IMG/VR virus record: IMGVR_UViG_3300025715_000009
Span: 288,001-352,000 of that record
From: a virus
Lineage: Duplodnaviria; Caudoviricetes
Strand: one strand, 5' to 3'
Length of the DNA stretch: 64,000 bases
In this document: positions 39,396 to 50,248 of the stretch, one piece after another
Layout of the letters: each line of letters begins with the position of its first letter
How positions within the stretch are numbered: the stretch's first letter is position 1
Position numbers and translations under genes: made by a program
The notes under the pieces: model-generated
Told to the model about the DNA's origin: nothing
Databases searched by the model: none
Seen by the model: the letters and a program-made list of their open reading frames with translations, nothing else

Positions 39396-40190
39396 AACTA
39401 TATTTATATATGCTTAATTTTTCACAAAATCATCAACTTCTGAAATAATTTCTGGATTTGTTAGTTTTAATAAATCATACTCCAAATCTTCTATTGTTTT
39501 ACCAATCTCAATAATTGCTTTTTTCCACTTTTTCTTAAATATCAATGGCTCTTGTTTAGATAATTCAATTCCTCTTTTTTGATAAAAATTTATGCAATAT
39601 TTAATATATTCTATTTTATCCTGTTCTGTAGGTTTTTCATATAAATTATGTCTCAAGTAAAAAGGTTTTGGTGTTGTTGGTCCAGGTTTAACTGTCATTT
39701 TCTAATAAAATCCTTGCAATATCAGCAGAATCAATTTCTCTAATATATGTTTGGGCTTTTTCCAACGTCTGATTATCTTTAATTTCTTGTTTGACTAATT
39801 CAGCAATTTTTTCTAAGGCCAATTGTTCTGATGGAAATAAACACGTGGTTTTCCAACCATCAGGCCAACCACTATCTTCTTTATATATTTTCCACTTCCT
39901 GCCATTAAAATATTCTATATAATATTCACCAAGAGGAGGGTTAAACATTTTACCAGTTCCAATCTTAATTCTATACTTCATAACTAAAATCTATTATCCA
40001 AATTTAAGTCTATGAATAATTTGTATCTCTCCATCTTTATGTAATACCAAAGTTCCAAACCTTGTAATAGAAATAAAATCTTCTCCTTGAACAGAGATGA
40101 CAATACCATCTAAAGATGGTTCTAATCTTCTATCTGTAGGATCAATATCCTTAGGATATTTTACTGTATCTCCAATATTCATATTACCTC

Positions 40191-41300
40191 CTAAAATCTA
40201 TCGTGCTGCCTATTTACTCTTATTAATGTTCCACATTTGCCAAAATTCTTGATAGAGTTGGCTCCTATATATGTTCCTGCACTTCTCAATCCACCAAGTA
40301 AATCATCAATTACATTCTGAACAGGACCTTTATATTCTACTTCTTCAACTCTACCTTCACTCGTTCTATAATTCTTCATTCCAGACATATGCTTTTCTTG
40401 GGCATATTCTGAAGACATGCCATAAAATACTTTATATTGTTTTGTAATTGTTTTTTTCTTATATACTCCATTATCCCACTCTAATTCATTAGATTCAAAA
40501 CTCTTTTCAACTATATCACCTTCTTGTTCGTCAGTTCCTGAAAACATTCCACCAATCATTACCATATCACTATTTGCTACAAATGCTTTTGCCACATCGC
40601 CAGGTGAGCGCATCCCCCCATCTAATACAATACCTGCACCTAAACCATGTGCTGCGTCTGAACATTCTATTGCTGCAGAAATTTGTGGATAACCTGCACC
40701 AGTTTTTAATCTTGTGCTGCACATGGCACCCGGACCCAACCCGATCTTACAATAATCTGCTCCTGCAATTACTAACTCTTGAACCATCTCTGGCGTTGCA
40801 ACGTTGCCTGCAATAATAACATTTTCAGGAAATTCTTTTCTCACTTTTGAAACAAATGAAGCAAATCTTTGAGTATATCCGTTGGCAATATCAATACAAA
40901 TTTTGATATCATATTTATACCCAATTTTAATTAAATGTTGTTTAAATTGTATCAATTCTTGCAACTCTTGATCGCTCATCCCAATTGTATAAAATCCATA
41001 ATTAAGCATTCTACCCCAAGGATAAAGAGATATGTTCTCTTTTGAAAAAATTTCAAGCCATTTTTTATTATTATGTTTAGCAATAGCAACAAACATCTTT
41101 TCTTGGGAAAAAACATCAAGCATTTCAAATGTCCCTGTTGCCATATTAGCAGCAATGATTGGCACGCCAGAAAACTCTGCACCATGCAGAGTTTTAAATA
41201 CCCTCTCTAACTTTACTTGACTACGACTTTCAAGGGTTGAACGCTTTGGTCGAATTAACACATCAGAAAAATCTAATTTAATTTCATGATCAAGTATCAC
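40191..41300 (-). CDS. guaC: GMP reductase
   Basis: KLDFSDVLIRPKRSTLESRS, IIAANM, ICIDIANGY, KIGLGPGAMCSTR, FYGMSS, RTSEG. Confidence 0.95.
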   Translation of the reverse strand: MILDHEIKLDFSDVLIRPKRSTLESRSQVKLERVFKTLHGAEFSGVPIIAANMATGTFEMLDVFSQEKMFVAIAKHNNKKWLEIFSKENISLYPWGRMLNYGFYTIGMSDQELQELIQFKQHLIKIGYKYDIKICIDIANGYTQRFASFVSKVRKEFPENVIIAGNVATPEMVQELVIAGADYCKIGLGPGAMCSTRLKTGAGYPQISAAIECSDAAHGLGAGIVLDGGMRSPGDVAKAFVANSDMVMIGGMFSGTDEQEGDIVEKSFESNELEWDNGVYKKKTITKQYKVFYGMSSEYAQEKHMSGMKNYRTSEGRVEEVEYKGPVQNVIDDLLGGLRSAGTYIGANSIKNFGKCGTLIRVNRQHDRF

Positions 41301-41527
41301 TTTTTGCTCCTAATAATAAGTTTTTTGCTTCCAAAATAGTAATGGCATCAAGTGCCTCTTGCTTATCTACAATTTTATATAATGTTAAAAGTTTTTTTAT
41401 TTGTTTATTCAAGGCCGGATTATACATAAATCTCCTTGATTCAAAATCATAGGCAAAATATTTTTCTTCAATCATCATAATTACAGGGTCGAGAATTGCT
41501 AAATCTATATTTTTTATTATTAAATAA

Positions 41528-41722
41528 TTAATTTTCTCCATCTAATAATAACCTTTTTGCTTTATCCACCATTTTAGGATTAAGGAGATAAACTATCTCA
41601 TAATCTGGCTTGCCCTGTTTTAATGCTTCTATTATTTTTTTATAATTTGGGTCTTCAGACTGTATAATAACAACCTTATCTAAATAAAAAGTTATACAAT
41701 CTTGTGTAATAATATATTTCAT
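41528..41722 (-). CDS. Short protein resembling the N-terminus of rIIB
   Basis: Sits directly after rIIA; YIITQDCITF...DPNYKKIIEALK. Confidence 0.45.
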   Translation of the reverse strand: MKYIITQDCITFYLDKVVIIQSEDPNYKKIIEALKQGKPDYEIVYLLNPKMVDKAKRLLLDGEN

Positions 41723-43740
41723 TTATTCAACTCTTGAACATATGCTGTTATGTTTTGAATATCTTTATCAGTTAATTTAAAATTCCAAATTGTGCTTGAA
41801 ATATAATGATTCAAATATTCTAACATGGGGTAATAATCTAATAAATTATCAATTTTTGAATCATCTTCTATTTCTATTTTTGGGAGGAGACTATTAATTA
41901 AATTAAAATTCTCTCCTTTAAAAAATTCTTCTTTCTGTTTTTGTAATTGACTTACTTGATAAAAAATAAAATACATCTTGGAGTAAAGAGGAAGTGTCAT
42001 TCTTCCTTCTTTAAAAGCATTATAGAGAAATTTATTGCTGTGAGAACTAAACCATTTTTCTAATGCTATACTAATTTTTCTAAATTCTTTTACCTTGTCT
42101 GTTTGCTTTTCCAATACCCTATTTAACTCTTGTGGGAGAAAGTCTAAGACGTTTATCAATCTATGGCTATATTTTTGAGCAACAGATTTTATTATCCCAT
42201 AGATTTTTACATCCTTTGATAGGATATTTAAGGTATAAGCATTATCAAGCATTCTCTGAAAAGAGGCTGTGTTTATTTTTTGACCATTATTAACTATCTT
42301 GCCTCGCAATAAAGGAACATAATAGATTGTGCCAGTCAAGTCTTTAAAAGAGTAGCCATTAGAAGAATAAAAAGAACCAGTATATAAAATAAAATCCTTG
42401 GTCTTTTTTCTTGATGAAGGAGTTGATTTAGGTTTCTCCATTTGACTGGTTAAGATATGATCTGCTTTACCCAAGCAGTCAACAATTGCTTGATCAAAGT
42501 TATCGAAAAAGATAATTCTGTTGTCAAATTTAACCAAAGATCTGGCTTTAGTAATTGATTCTCGAGGTTTTAACCCATCTCCAAAGACTATAACATCTTT
42601 GTCTGGATAAATAGAAAATTCATATTTAAAATGTGTTTTCTTAACAGTGCTATGATCTCTTTGATATATAAAGGCTAATGTTTTAAACTTTTCTGGATGA
42701 AAATTAAAACTACCTGTCAATGCTTCTCCATTATATAAAACTGGAAGATCAGATGAAGATTTTAAACCATATTTTCGAATTGATTGTTTTAATTGTAAAT
42801 TAGCCTTCCATAATGTTTCTGCTTGACGAACTTCTTGAATAAATAAATCATAAAATTCATCAAACACCTGATTCAACCGAGAGGATATGTTTTTTACAGT
42901 TAATTCATCATATGACAAGGTCTCTCTACTTGCTGCTGTCTCTAATTGTCCTATTGGAAATTGGATGATAAAATTATTTGCCAAGACAAATTGATGTTTG
43001 ACGTCAGAGAACTTGGTATCACTAATAGGATAATAAACATTGCCCTGTAGGGCAATTGCTTTAGTCATTGTATGTGGTTTTACTAATTTCCAATTAGAAC
43101 CAGACAATAACACCTCTGGTCGTGGAAAATCCGAATTACAATTTACAATGGTAGGAGGAGTATCAAAAAAGTAATATATCTTTTTAGCCTTATTAATAAA
43201 TTCAGATATATCTCCTCTTTTGACATTGATTTTGATAGTTATCCCATTTTCTTTATCAGTGTCTTGATCAACTATCTTGGCAATTTTAGGTGTTCCATCT
43301 TCTCCAAGAAAGCAAGTATAAACACAATATGTAGAGTTGTATACAGACTCAACAACAAAACTATCAGTATAAGAGAAAGCACTCTTAGATCCTAGACCTA
43401 ATGCTCCAATAAAATCATTTGATTCAGTTTTATTACTATCAAAATAAGTAGTGAATAAAGTATATATAGTAGAATGATCCATGCCTGTTCCAAAGTCTTG
43501 GACACTAAAGAATGGCTCTTCATAAGATGGAAGGTGGACTATGAATGGGGTTGTTGCTTTACCAGCAGACACATGACTATCATAAGCATTAGTGCTATAT
43601 TCACGAATTATAGCAGTGATCTTATCTGAGTAGAGATTATCAGACAAGATCTTGAATGCCTTAGGAGATGTTTTAATAGTAAAAGAGTTGGTATTTGTTA
43701 TATTGGTAGAGATGTCAACAACACTGTCATGCAATCGCAT
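41719..43740 (-). CDS. rIIA: rIIA-like protector protein
   Basis: AFKILSDNLYSDKITAIIREYSTNAYDSH, DFGTGM, GALGLGSKSAFSYTDSF, SRETLSY. Confidence 0.93.
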   Translation of the reverse strand: MRLHDSVVDISTNITNTNSFTIKTSPKAFKILSDNLYSDKITAIIREYSTNAYDSHVSAGKATTPFIVHLPSYEEPFFSVQDFGTGMDHSTIYTLFTTYFDSNKTESNDFIGALGLGSKSAFSYTDSFVVESVYNSTYCVYTCFLGEDGTPKIAKIVDQDTDKENGITIKINVKRGDISEFINKAKKIYYFFDTPPTIVNCNSDFPRPEVLLSGSNWKLVKPHTMTKAIALQGNVYYPISDTKFSDVKHQFVLANNFIIQFPIGQLETAASRETLSYDELTVKNISSRLNQVFDEFYDLFIQEVRQAETLWKANLQLKQSIRKYGLKSSSDLPVLYNGEALTGSFNFHPEKFKTLAFIYQRDHSTVKKTHFKYEFSIYPDKDVIVFGDGLKPRESITKARSLVKFDNRIIFFDNFDQAIVDCLGKADHILTSQMEKPKSTPSSRKKTKDFILYTGSFYSSNGYSFKDLTGTIYYVPLLRGKIVNNGQKINTASFQRMLDNAYTLNILSKDVKIYGIIKSVAQKYSHRLINVLDFLPQELNRVLEKQTDKVKEFRKISIALEKWFSSHSNKFLYNAFKEGRMTLPLYSKMYFIFYQVSQLQKQKEEFFKGENFNLINSLLPKIEIEDDSKIDNLLDYYPMLEYLNHYISSTIWNFKLTDKDIQNITAYVQELNK

Positions 43741-44124
43741 TAGGCCCCCTAAAATATATCATCAAGCAAACGCTCTGCTAAATTATCTATATCCATTTGA
43801 CCACGTTCTTTTACAGAGGAAGAAATAATTTTCTTGACATCTTCTCGAGATAAACCCATACTCTTTAAATCCAACAATGACTTTTTAACTTCATCGTCTA
43901 ATGGATTAGATTTGGGTTCTGTCTTCTCAAATAATTTTTTAAATAGAGGAAGAGGCACATCAATCATCTCTCCATCAATCATAAACGAGACCATATCTTT
44001 CTCTTTGTCAATAAGAGGAACTGATTGAGGCATTTTAGGAGCGTAATAGATTGTTTCCATATCTTTATATATGCCAAAAAAAGCCACCTGTTAGGGTGGC
44101 TTTGAATTAATCTTTGGTTTTTAG

Positions 44125-44628
44125 TTAGAGTGTAACACGAGCGTATTCATTAGTAGCAATAGAAATCTTATCAGTAAAAGCATCATAAGATATGTCAATT
44201 GTATTATTCAACTTATTGGTTGTCCAAAATCCAGCTCCACTAGAAGTATCAACAAAAGTACCGTCATCATTTAGATGAATTCCATATGAATTAAAAACCC
44301 ACCACTCGTTTGCAAGTACATTAATCATTCGATAGTCTTCGAAAGTGATGTTAACAGGATCAGAGAGAACACCATCTTCACTAACAGTGATTGAATAGTT
44401 GGTGTAGGGAAAAGCTGTTCCAGTAGGCTTTACCTGACGATTTTCTACAACAGGAGCACCACGATCATAAGTAATAGTTACTTCAATTGTAGCAAATTCA
44501 GTCCATACCTGCACAGGAAAATCAGTGATTTCTACACTCATAACAATGGGTGAAGTGGCTGGATTATCACAACCCACGAAACTGAACAGCGTAACTAGAA
44601 TAGCAAAAACAAACATAATCTTCTTCAT
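44125..44628 (-). CDS. Lipoprotein
   Basis: FVGC lipobox. Confidence 0.7.
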   Translation of the reverse strand: MKKIMFVFAILVTLFSFVGCDNPATSPIVMSVEITDFPVQVWTEFATIEVTITYDRGAPVVENRQVKPTGTAFPYTNYSITVSEDGVLSDPVNITFEDYRMINVLANEWWVFNSYGIHLNDDGTFVDTSSGAGFWTTNKLNNTIDISYDAFTDKISIATNEYARVTL

Positions 44629-44703
44629 AAAACCCTCCTACAGGTTTGATAAGATTATTATACTGCAAGTATGCTTTCTCTAAACACTTTTTTTAAAAAA
44701 AAT

Positions 44704-44777
44704 AGGCCCAGACAGGAATTGAACACTGTGATTCTATCAATTGCAGTTGATTTGCCTTCCCACTTGGCTACTGGGCC
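44704..44777 (-). tRNA. tRNA-Cys(GCA), degenerate
   Basis: GGCCCAG/CTGGGCC-T acceptor; 6-nt CTGCAA loop; bulged T-stem. Confidence 0.6.
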
Positions 44778-44782
44778 ATAGA

Positions 44783-45334
44783 TTATCTTGTAAAAGTATA
44801 ACCACCTAGTATGATTTCTCTGTTATAGAAATCATATGAACCAGATATATCACCAAATAGAGTAATCAAAGTAGATGCTGCTGGAACATACCACGTGCCA
44901 GATTTTGAATCTGAAGTGGTCCAAGTTCCATTTTGTCCACCAACTACATCATAAGATGTTTGTACAAGATTTAATATAACTGTACCATCTGACCAATCAT
45001 CACTTGGATTATTGATTGTTATTGATATAGGGTTAGAATAAACATATGATCCAGTTAAATAATCAGTGATATAGGATCGAATTACAGCAGTTCCATATCT
45101 AATAGCCTGACCATTATCTACTATATCAGTAAATCCTGTTGAATCTACAGAAGTAAGTCGATTTGTAATGATAGAACCATCATCCATATAAATAGTTGAG
45201 GTAAAGCGAAAACCAAGTTGATAGCCATCTGATCCTGGTGCTTGTTCTAGAACAATGCTTTCAGGCTTAGGAACAGGAGGAAGGAAACTTATAGTACAAC
45301 TTGATAGCATAAGCAAGATGCAAAGCCAAATCAT
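44783..45334 (-). CDS. Lipoprotein
   Basis: MIWLCILLMLSSC lipobox. Confidence 0.65.
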   Translation of the reverse strand: MIWLCILLMLSSCTISFLPPVPKPESIVLEQAPGSDGYQLGFRFTSTIYMDDGSIITNRLTSVDSTGFTDIVDNGQAIRYGTAVIRSYITDYLTGSYVYSNPISITINNPSDDWSDGTVILNLVQTSYDVVGGQNGTWTTSDSKSGTWYVPAASTLITLFGDISGSYDFYNREIILGGYTFTR

Positions 45335-45537
45335 AATCCCTCCCAATCTGTACAAATTCCATACTTGGTTAATTTGTTCTTTGTACAAATAGTTCTGTTC
45401 CCATCAGAAGTAACTGTAGAAAGATTATAAACAAATAGACCACGAAATGTGCTTTCATATATACAATTTTTACAACTATTACCAAGCATCAAATTCTTGG
45501 CAATAAATGGTGGAACAACTTTCTTTTTAAAAAACAT
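45331..45537 (-). CDS. Dispersed member of the AKNLLL-CxxC family
   Basis: IAKNLMLGNSCKNC...GICTDW. Confidence 0.65.
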   Translation of the reverse strand: MFFKKKVVPPFIAKNLMLGNSCKNCIYESTFRGLFVYNLSTVTSDGNRTICTKNKLTKYGICTDWEGL

Positions 45538-46118
45538 ATTAGTTAAACGTATTGCCTTTCGCTGGTAGGCCCATACTTGTTTCTACACCTTCAAAGACAC
45601 ACTGATCTTCAGTAAAATGTACTAGGATAGTATAGTCCTGACCATAGAAATTGAAGAGATAGAGTATCTCACCATCATAGTCATAATCAAAAACCTGACC
45701 TGTTTTAAGGTTCTTGACTTGACCTTCCTCATTGAATCTTAGGACATAAGTTTGCTCTCCAATAGTGATTTCCCAGGTTCTAACCCAAGGATTCCAATAT
45801 GGGAGAGCAATGGCTGAAAGAGACAGAATGAGAAATAGGGCAAATACAATCTTTTTCATAACTCCTCCAGGAGGAATTATACTCTATTATTCTCTTCCTC
45901 TAAAAATTTTATATAATTATCAAAAATAAAATCTAAAATAGGTTCAGATTCCAAAGCATATCTAGATGCTTTTTTACGCAAAAGAATCCAAACAATTGCA
46001 CTAATAAAAGCCAAGTATTGTAGTGCAAATAGTGGAGGCCAAAGGACACCAAATCCAGAAAGTAGATACAAAGACCAGGGGATGAGTCTAAACCATCCAA
46101 GTAATAGAGAATAAAATT

Positions 46119-47108
46119 TTACCATCCTCTCCTCCTCCTATATTCATCGGCTCTTCTTTCTGCTTCTTGTTCATCCCAAATTAAGATTTCCCAATGTGGG
46201 TGTAATGCTTTTACCTTTTCTAGAGAATAATCAGTTTGCTTTTTTAAGAACATAGAATTGCTTGTAAAGTAATAATCATGTTCCCACCCATTTAATGTTG
46301 ATTTATCTCTTTCATGATAAGAAAGGCCTTGATTATGAAATTCTTGTTTAGAAACAAAGGCAATTTGCTCGTTTAATAATTGCTCGGGGTTTGGAATAAC
46401 ATTGCTAGAATCAAGCACTTCCGCTACTACAATAGATGTTTTTATAACAAGATGATTGTTGTCTGTTAAGAAGACGTTTCTCTTTTTTGGTTTATCATAA
46501 AGAATTTTTTCTTTTTTATCTTGACCTTGATAATAACCTTCTGTGATAGCCCACAGACTACCTAACCAGGTACCGATCTCTCCAGTTTGTAATCTTACTT
46601 TATATCCAGGTTTTAATTCATTCAAAGATACTTTCTTGTTCTTTAATTCAAATGATTCAATTCCTTCTTTATATAAATCAGTTCCTTCAGGTATAAGAAG
46701 AAGTGTAGTTTTATCCCAAGACCATACACATTTTTGTTGTATCACTCCATTTATTATAGAGCATTGTTTAATAATCTCTATTAAATTACCAGATCCAATT
46801 TGGAGAACAAATCCTCTAGGGTCTTCAACACAGAAGACAGATCTGCCAGAAGAAGTCCAAGCAGATGATCTATGTTCTTGACCAACAAGTTTAAATCCTG
46901 CTATTAGATTATTATCAAAAGTTAAAACAGGATTTTCTTTATGTTTCCAATTATTCCAAATTGTCTCTTGCCTTATCTGTCCTTTTGCATCTTTATATGT
47001 AGCAAATCCAAGTATATATTCATTGTCTCTATCAGTATCTAAAGCATGCCCATAATTATTGACTCTTCTTTGAAAACCTACCAAGAATTTTTCTGGAGTG
47101 TATATCAT
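46119..47108 (-). CDS. Hypothetical phage protein
   Basis: 329-aa ORF with VGFQ, LGFATY and EDPRGF motifs. Confidence 0.75.
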   Translation of the reverse strand: MIYTPEKFLVGFQRRVNNYGHALDTDRDNEYILGFATYKDAKGQIRQETIWNNWKHKENPVLTFDNNLIAGFKLVGQEHRSSAWTSSGRSVFCVEDPRGFVLQIGSGNLIEIIKQCSIINGVIQQKCVWSWDKTTLLLIPEGTDLYKEGIESFELKNKKVSLNELKPGYKVRLQTGEIGTWLGSLWAITEGYYQGQDKKEKILYDKPKKRNVFLTDNNHLVIKTSIVVAEVLDSSNVIPNPEQLLNEQIAFVSKQEFHNQGLSYHERDKSTLNGWEHDYYFTSNSMFLKKQTDYSLEKVKALHPHWEILIWDEQEAERRADEYRRRRGW

Positions 47109-47481
47109 TCTTTATCCCACCTTGATTTGTGTACTTCAATTCCGTTTTCTTTTTCCATTTGATAAGCAAAAGCCTCTGCGAAATAAGCATCAATAGTTGT
47201 TTGAAAAACTTCAAAGGTTTGAGGATCTACTTTTTGTTTAATTCTTTCTAAGATAGGGTCTGATTCTGGTTTGGAGATAAATTCTTCTTTACTTACAAGT
47301 TTCTTGTTTACAAAATCATAATTATAAATCATTCTCAACCTCACCTCTAAAAATCAATCTCAATCCTAAATAAATAATAAAGAATCCGCTTACATCTATA
47401 AGTATGCCGTTTAATCCAAATAATTGGCAAACTATTGATCCAGCCCAACATAAAAAAGCATAACCCCATAGACAAACATTG

Positions 47482-48087
47482 TCAATCTTCGATCTCATTT
47501 ACATTTTTTACCTTTACATTGTGTATATTGAGATTTCTAACTGCTTGGACATTTTTAGAATCATCATCAACAAATGTTATTTTATCATAATTAGCCGAAA
47601 GAGATTTTATGACATTTGCCTTTCTCTCAAATGATGTTGCTCCTCTATATTTTTTTATATCATCACCAACAGCAAACACCTCTTTTAGTTTTGATCCTAT
47701 GCTCTTTAACTCACCTCTTTTTTTATACATAAGCCAACTAGCAATGGTAGATTTTATCACATCTTCCATACCTCTTGCTGTTAATATGCCTACTTTATAC
47801 CCCTTAGAAATCATATTATCCATATATTTTAAAACTTTAATTATAGGTTCTCCTGTAGAAATAGAAGAGGCAATTTTTTCAGCGTTTCTAAAATCTCTAA
47901 AATCATACATTCTCTCTGTCTCAGGTGATACTTTCTCATGAGAGAATTGTTCAGGAGTAAGTTTTATTTCTTGACCATTTATGTTCTTGTAGATATAAAT
48001 GTTTTTTGCTTTTACAATAGTGTCATCAATGTCTAATAATAATAATTTATTTTTCTTTCCTTCAGTTAATAACTCTTGAAAATTCAT
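47482..48087 (-). CDS. HAD-family phosphatase with a CTS-like N-terminus
   Basis: LLDIDDTIV, ILTARG, K, FVDDDSKN. Confidence 0.8.
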   Translation of the reverse strand: MNFQELLTEGKKNKLLLLDIDDTIVKAKNIYIYKNINGQEIKLTPEQFSHEKVSPETERMYDFRDFRNAEKIASSISTGEPIIKVLKYMDNMISKGYKVGILTARGMEDVIKSTIASWLMYKKRGELKSIGSKLKEVFAVGDDIKKYRGATSFERKANVIKSLSANYDKITFVDDDSKNVQAVRNLNIHNVKVKNVNEIED

Positions 48088-48095
48088 AAATCCTC

Positions 48096-48770
48096 CTATT
48101 GGTATAGGATTACTTGATTTTTGCCATTGTCTTTTGCTCTATACATTGCATCATCGCTTTTTTGATACAATATATGATGATCGTCTAAATCTTCTAACAT
48201 TGCTACGCCAATGGATAAAGTTATGGCAATTTTCCTATTCAATCTTGATTCTTGTATTTTTTCTCTTATCCTCTCACATAGATCTATTGCTTCTTGTTCT
48301 TGTATCTCTGGTAAGATGATTGCAAACTCTTCACCACCTAATCTTCCAAAAGAGTCATAGGGGCGAATCATTCTAGAAATAATTTGGGTTAATGCAATCA
48401 AAGTTTGATCACCCGCATAATGCCCATAATTATCATTTATCAACTTAAAATCATCTATATCAAATAAAACCATAGCCAGTTTAGATGAATTTCTCCTGGC
48501 TCTGGATATTTCTTTCTCTAACAAAATCATAAAATGTTGACGATTAAAAATTCTAGTTAGTGGATCTTTGGATACTTCAATTTTTAAATTATCATATTTA
48601 TGAACTAGCAAAATCATTGATCCAATGGCAAAACATTCTGTTGTTATTGCTATTATTAAAGCAATAGGGCAAAAGATCTCTATACTATATAATGACCATA
48701 GTATTATTTGAGATAAAATTACTATTATCACTCCAGCAAGAAATCCCTTTCTTGCTATTGATCTTGGCAT
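48096..48770 (-). CDS. Membrane-anchored diguanylate cyclase (GGDEF)
   Basis: Two TM helices; DPLT..FNR, DIDDFKLINDNYGH..GD, RPYD I-site, RLGGEEF, AMYRAK..GKN. Confidence 0.93.
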   Translation of the reverse strand: MPRSIARKGFLAGVIIVILSQIILWSLYSIEIFCPIALIIAITTECFAIGSMILLVHKYDNLKIEVSKDPLTRIFNRQHFMILLEKEISRARRNSSKLAMVLFDIDDFKLINDNYGHYAGDQTLIALTQIISRMIRPYDSFGRLGGEEFAIILPEIQEQEAIDLCERIREKIQESRLNRKIAITLSIGVAMLEDLDDHHILYQKSDDAMYRAKDNGKNQVILYQ

Positions 48771-48811
48771 TTTTTTCTCCTTCTACACCTCCCCTCCCAT
48801 ACATCATATAT

Positions 48812-48885
48812 TAGCCTGGGTGGGATTCGAACCCACACTGTACGCATTTTGAGTGCGTCGCCTCCTGCCGTTGGGCTACCAGGCC
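48812..48885 (-). tRNA. tRNA-Leu(CAA), short variable arm
   Basis: ACGCA-CTCAAAA-TGCGT arm. Confidence 0.9.
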
Positions 48886-49852
48886 ATAAATTGGGCCTTG
48901 AAGGCCCAACTATATTTAACTTTCAAACATTTCTTCTAATTCATCAATATCAAACTGTTTATTTACACAGTTAATATGGTTGTTTTTTGCTCCTCCATCT
49001 TTGATAAACTTTTTAGATCGGAACTTGTTCTGCTTATTTTTTGCCTTATTCTCTAGTCGTGCCCGATCTTCCCAAGTGCGCTTCATACTTTCTCCTTATG
49101 CAAAAATATCTAATTTAGTTCCACAATATACTGGGATAATACCCCTAACATATTCTGTTGTTTCAATTACTATGCCATGATCAGTTTCTTTTATCTGTTT
49201 AACTTCAATAAATTCTGTTGCCCTGATCTCTTTAATATATGCTCTATATCTCCTTTCCTCTTTTAATTCCTTGATGGCCATTTATCACCACCTGGTAATT
49301 GTGCCAGATATTCATAATGTCTTTCAATCTCTTTTTGTGCAATTTCTATCCTATCCTCAAACACCTCCTGATACTCTGGTGAAAGCATTTCAACAAACAT
49401 ATTCATTACTAAATTAATAGTAATATCACATTCATCATCAGTCATATCAGAGTTATAGATAGCATGTAGAAAAGAATGGATAACCACATCCATAGCATCT
49501 ATTTGAGCATTATCCATTTAACAACCTCTTGGCTAAAAATCGATTTAATTTATCTTTCATATAATGATCTGTATATGGGCGAGAATTTAAAATATATGCT
49601 AAATCAATGTTTAAAAGGAATACTTGTTTCTCTTTGTAATAAATAGGATTGATATCATCATATGTTATTGATTTCTTGGCATTATTGATAAAAAAACCAT
49701 CAGCAAACACACGATTATCAGTGAATATATTGCTAGTGTGCATTATTTCAAGATTAAAAACAATATAAATAACATCACCATCTTTTGAAGAGTGGACTAG
49801 CCATTTGTTGAGGATTTGATTTTCTAGACGTTGGTAAAAAGTTCTGGCCATA

Positions 49853-50248
49853 TTACACCGTATACTCAGAAATTCCAGACTCAGTGGTATAAACTACCTT
49901 CTTGACACCAGCCTCACGCAGAGCAATCTGACAAATCGGGCAAGGCTTAGCCAAACCCATCTGACCATCATGCAAGAAGCGAAAAACATACAAGGTGTGA
50001 GGCATCTTGCGACACTTTACCAAAGCAGCAATCTCAGCATGAAGATAGATGCGATCAGGCCTTTCCGTCTTGCTGGCATATTCAGCCTGAAGAGGATGAG
50101 TCTTATCATAGGAATTAACCGCCTTGGAGACTATCTTACCAGCCGAGTCGGTAATAATAGCCGAAATGCGGTGCTTGTTGTGTCCAGGATCACCAGCCGA
50201 AAGCATATAGTTCTTGGCAATCCGCGTCATCATATCAATCTTAGCCAT
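49853..50248 (-). CDS. Cytidine/deoxycytidylate deaminase-family protein
   Basis: LHAEIAAL...AKPCPIC. Confidence 0.85.
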   Translation of the reverse strand: MAKIDMMTRIAKNYMLSAGDPGHNKHRISAIITDSAGKIVSKAVNSYDKTHPLQAEYASKTERPDRIYLHAEIAALVKCRKMPHTLYVFRFLHDGQMGLAKPCPICQIALREAGVKKVVYTTESGISEYTV

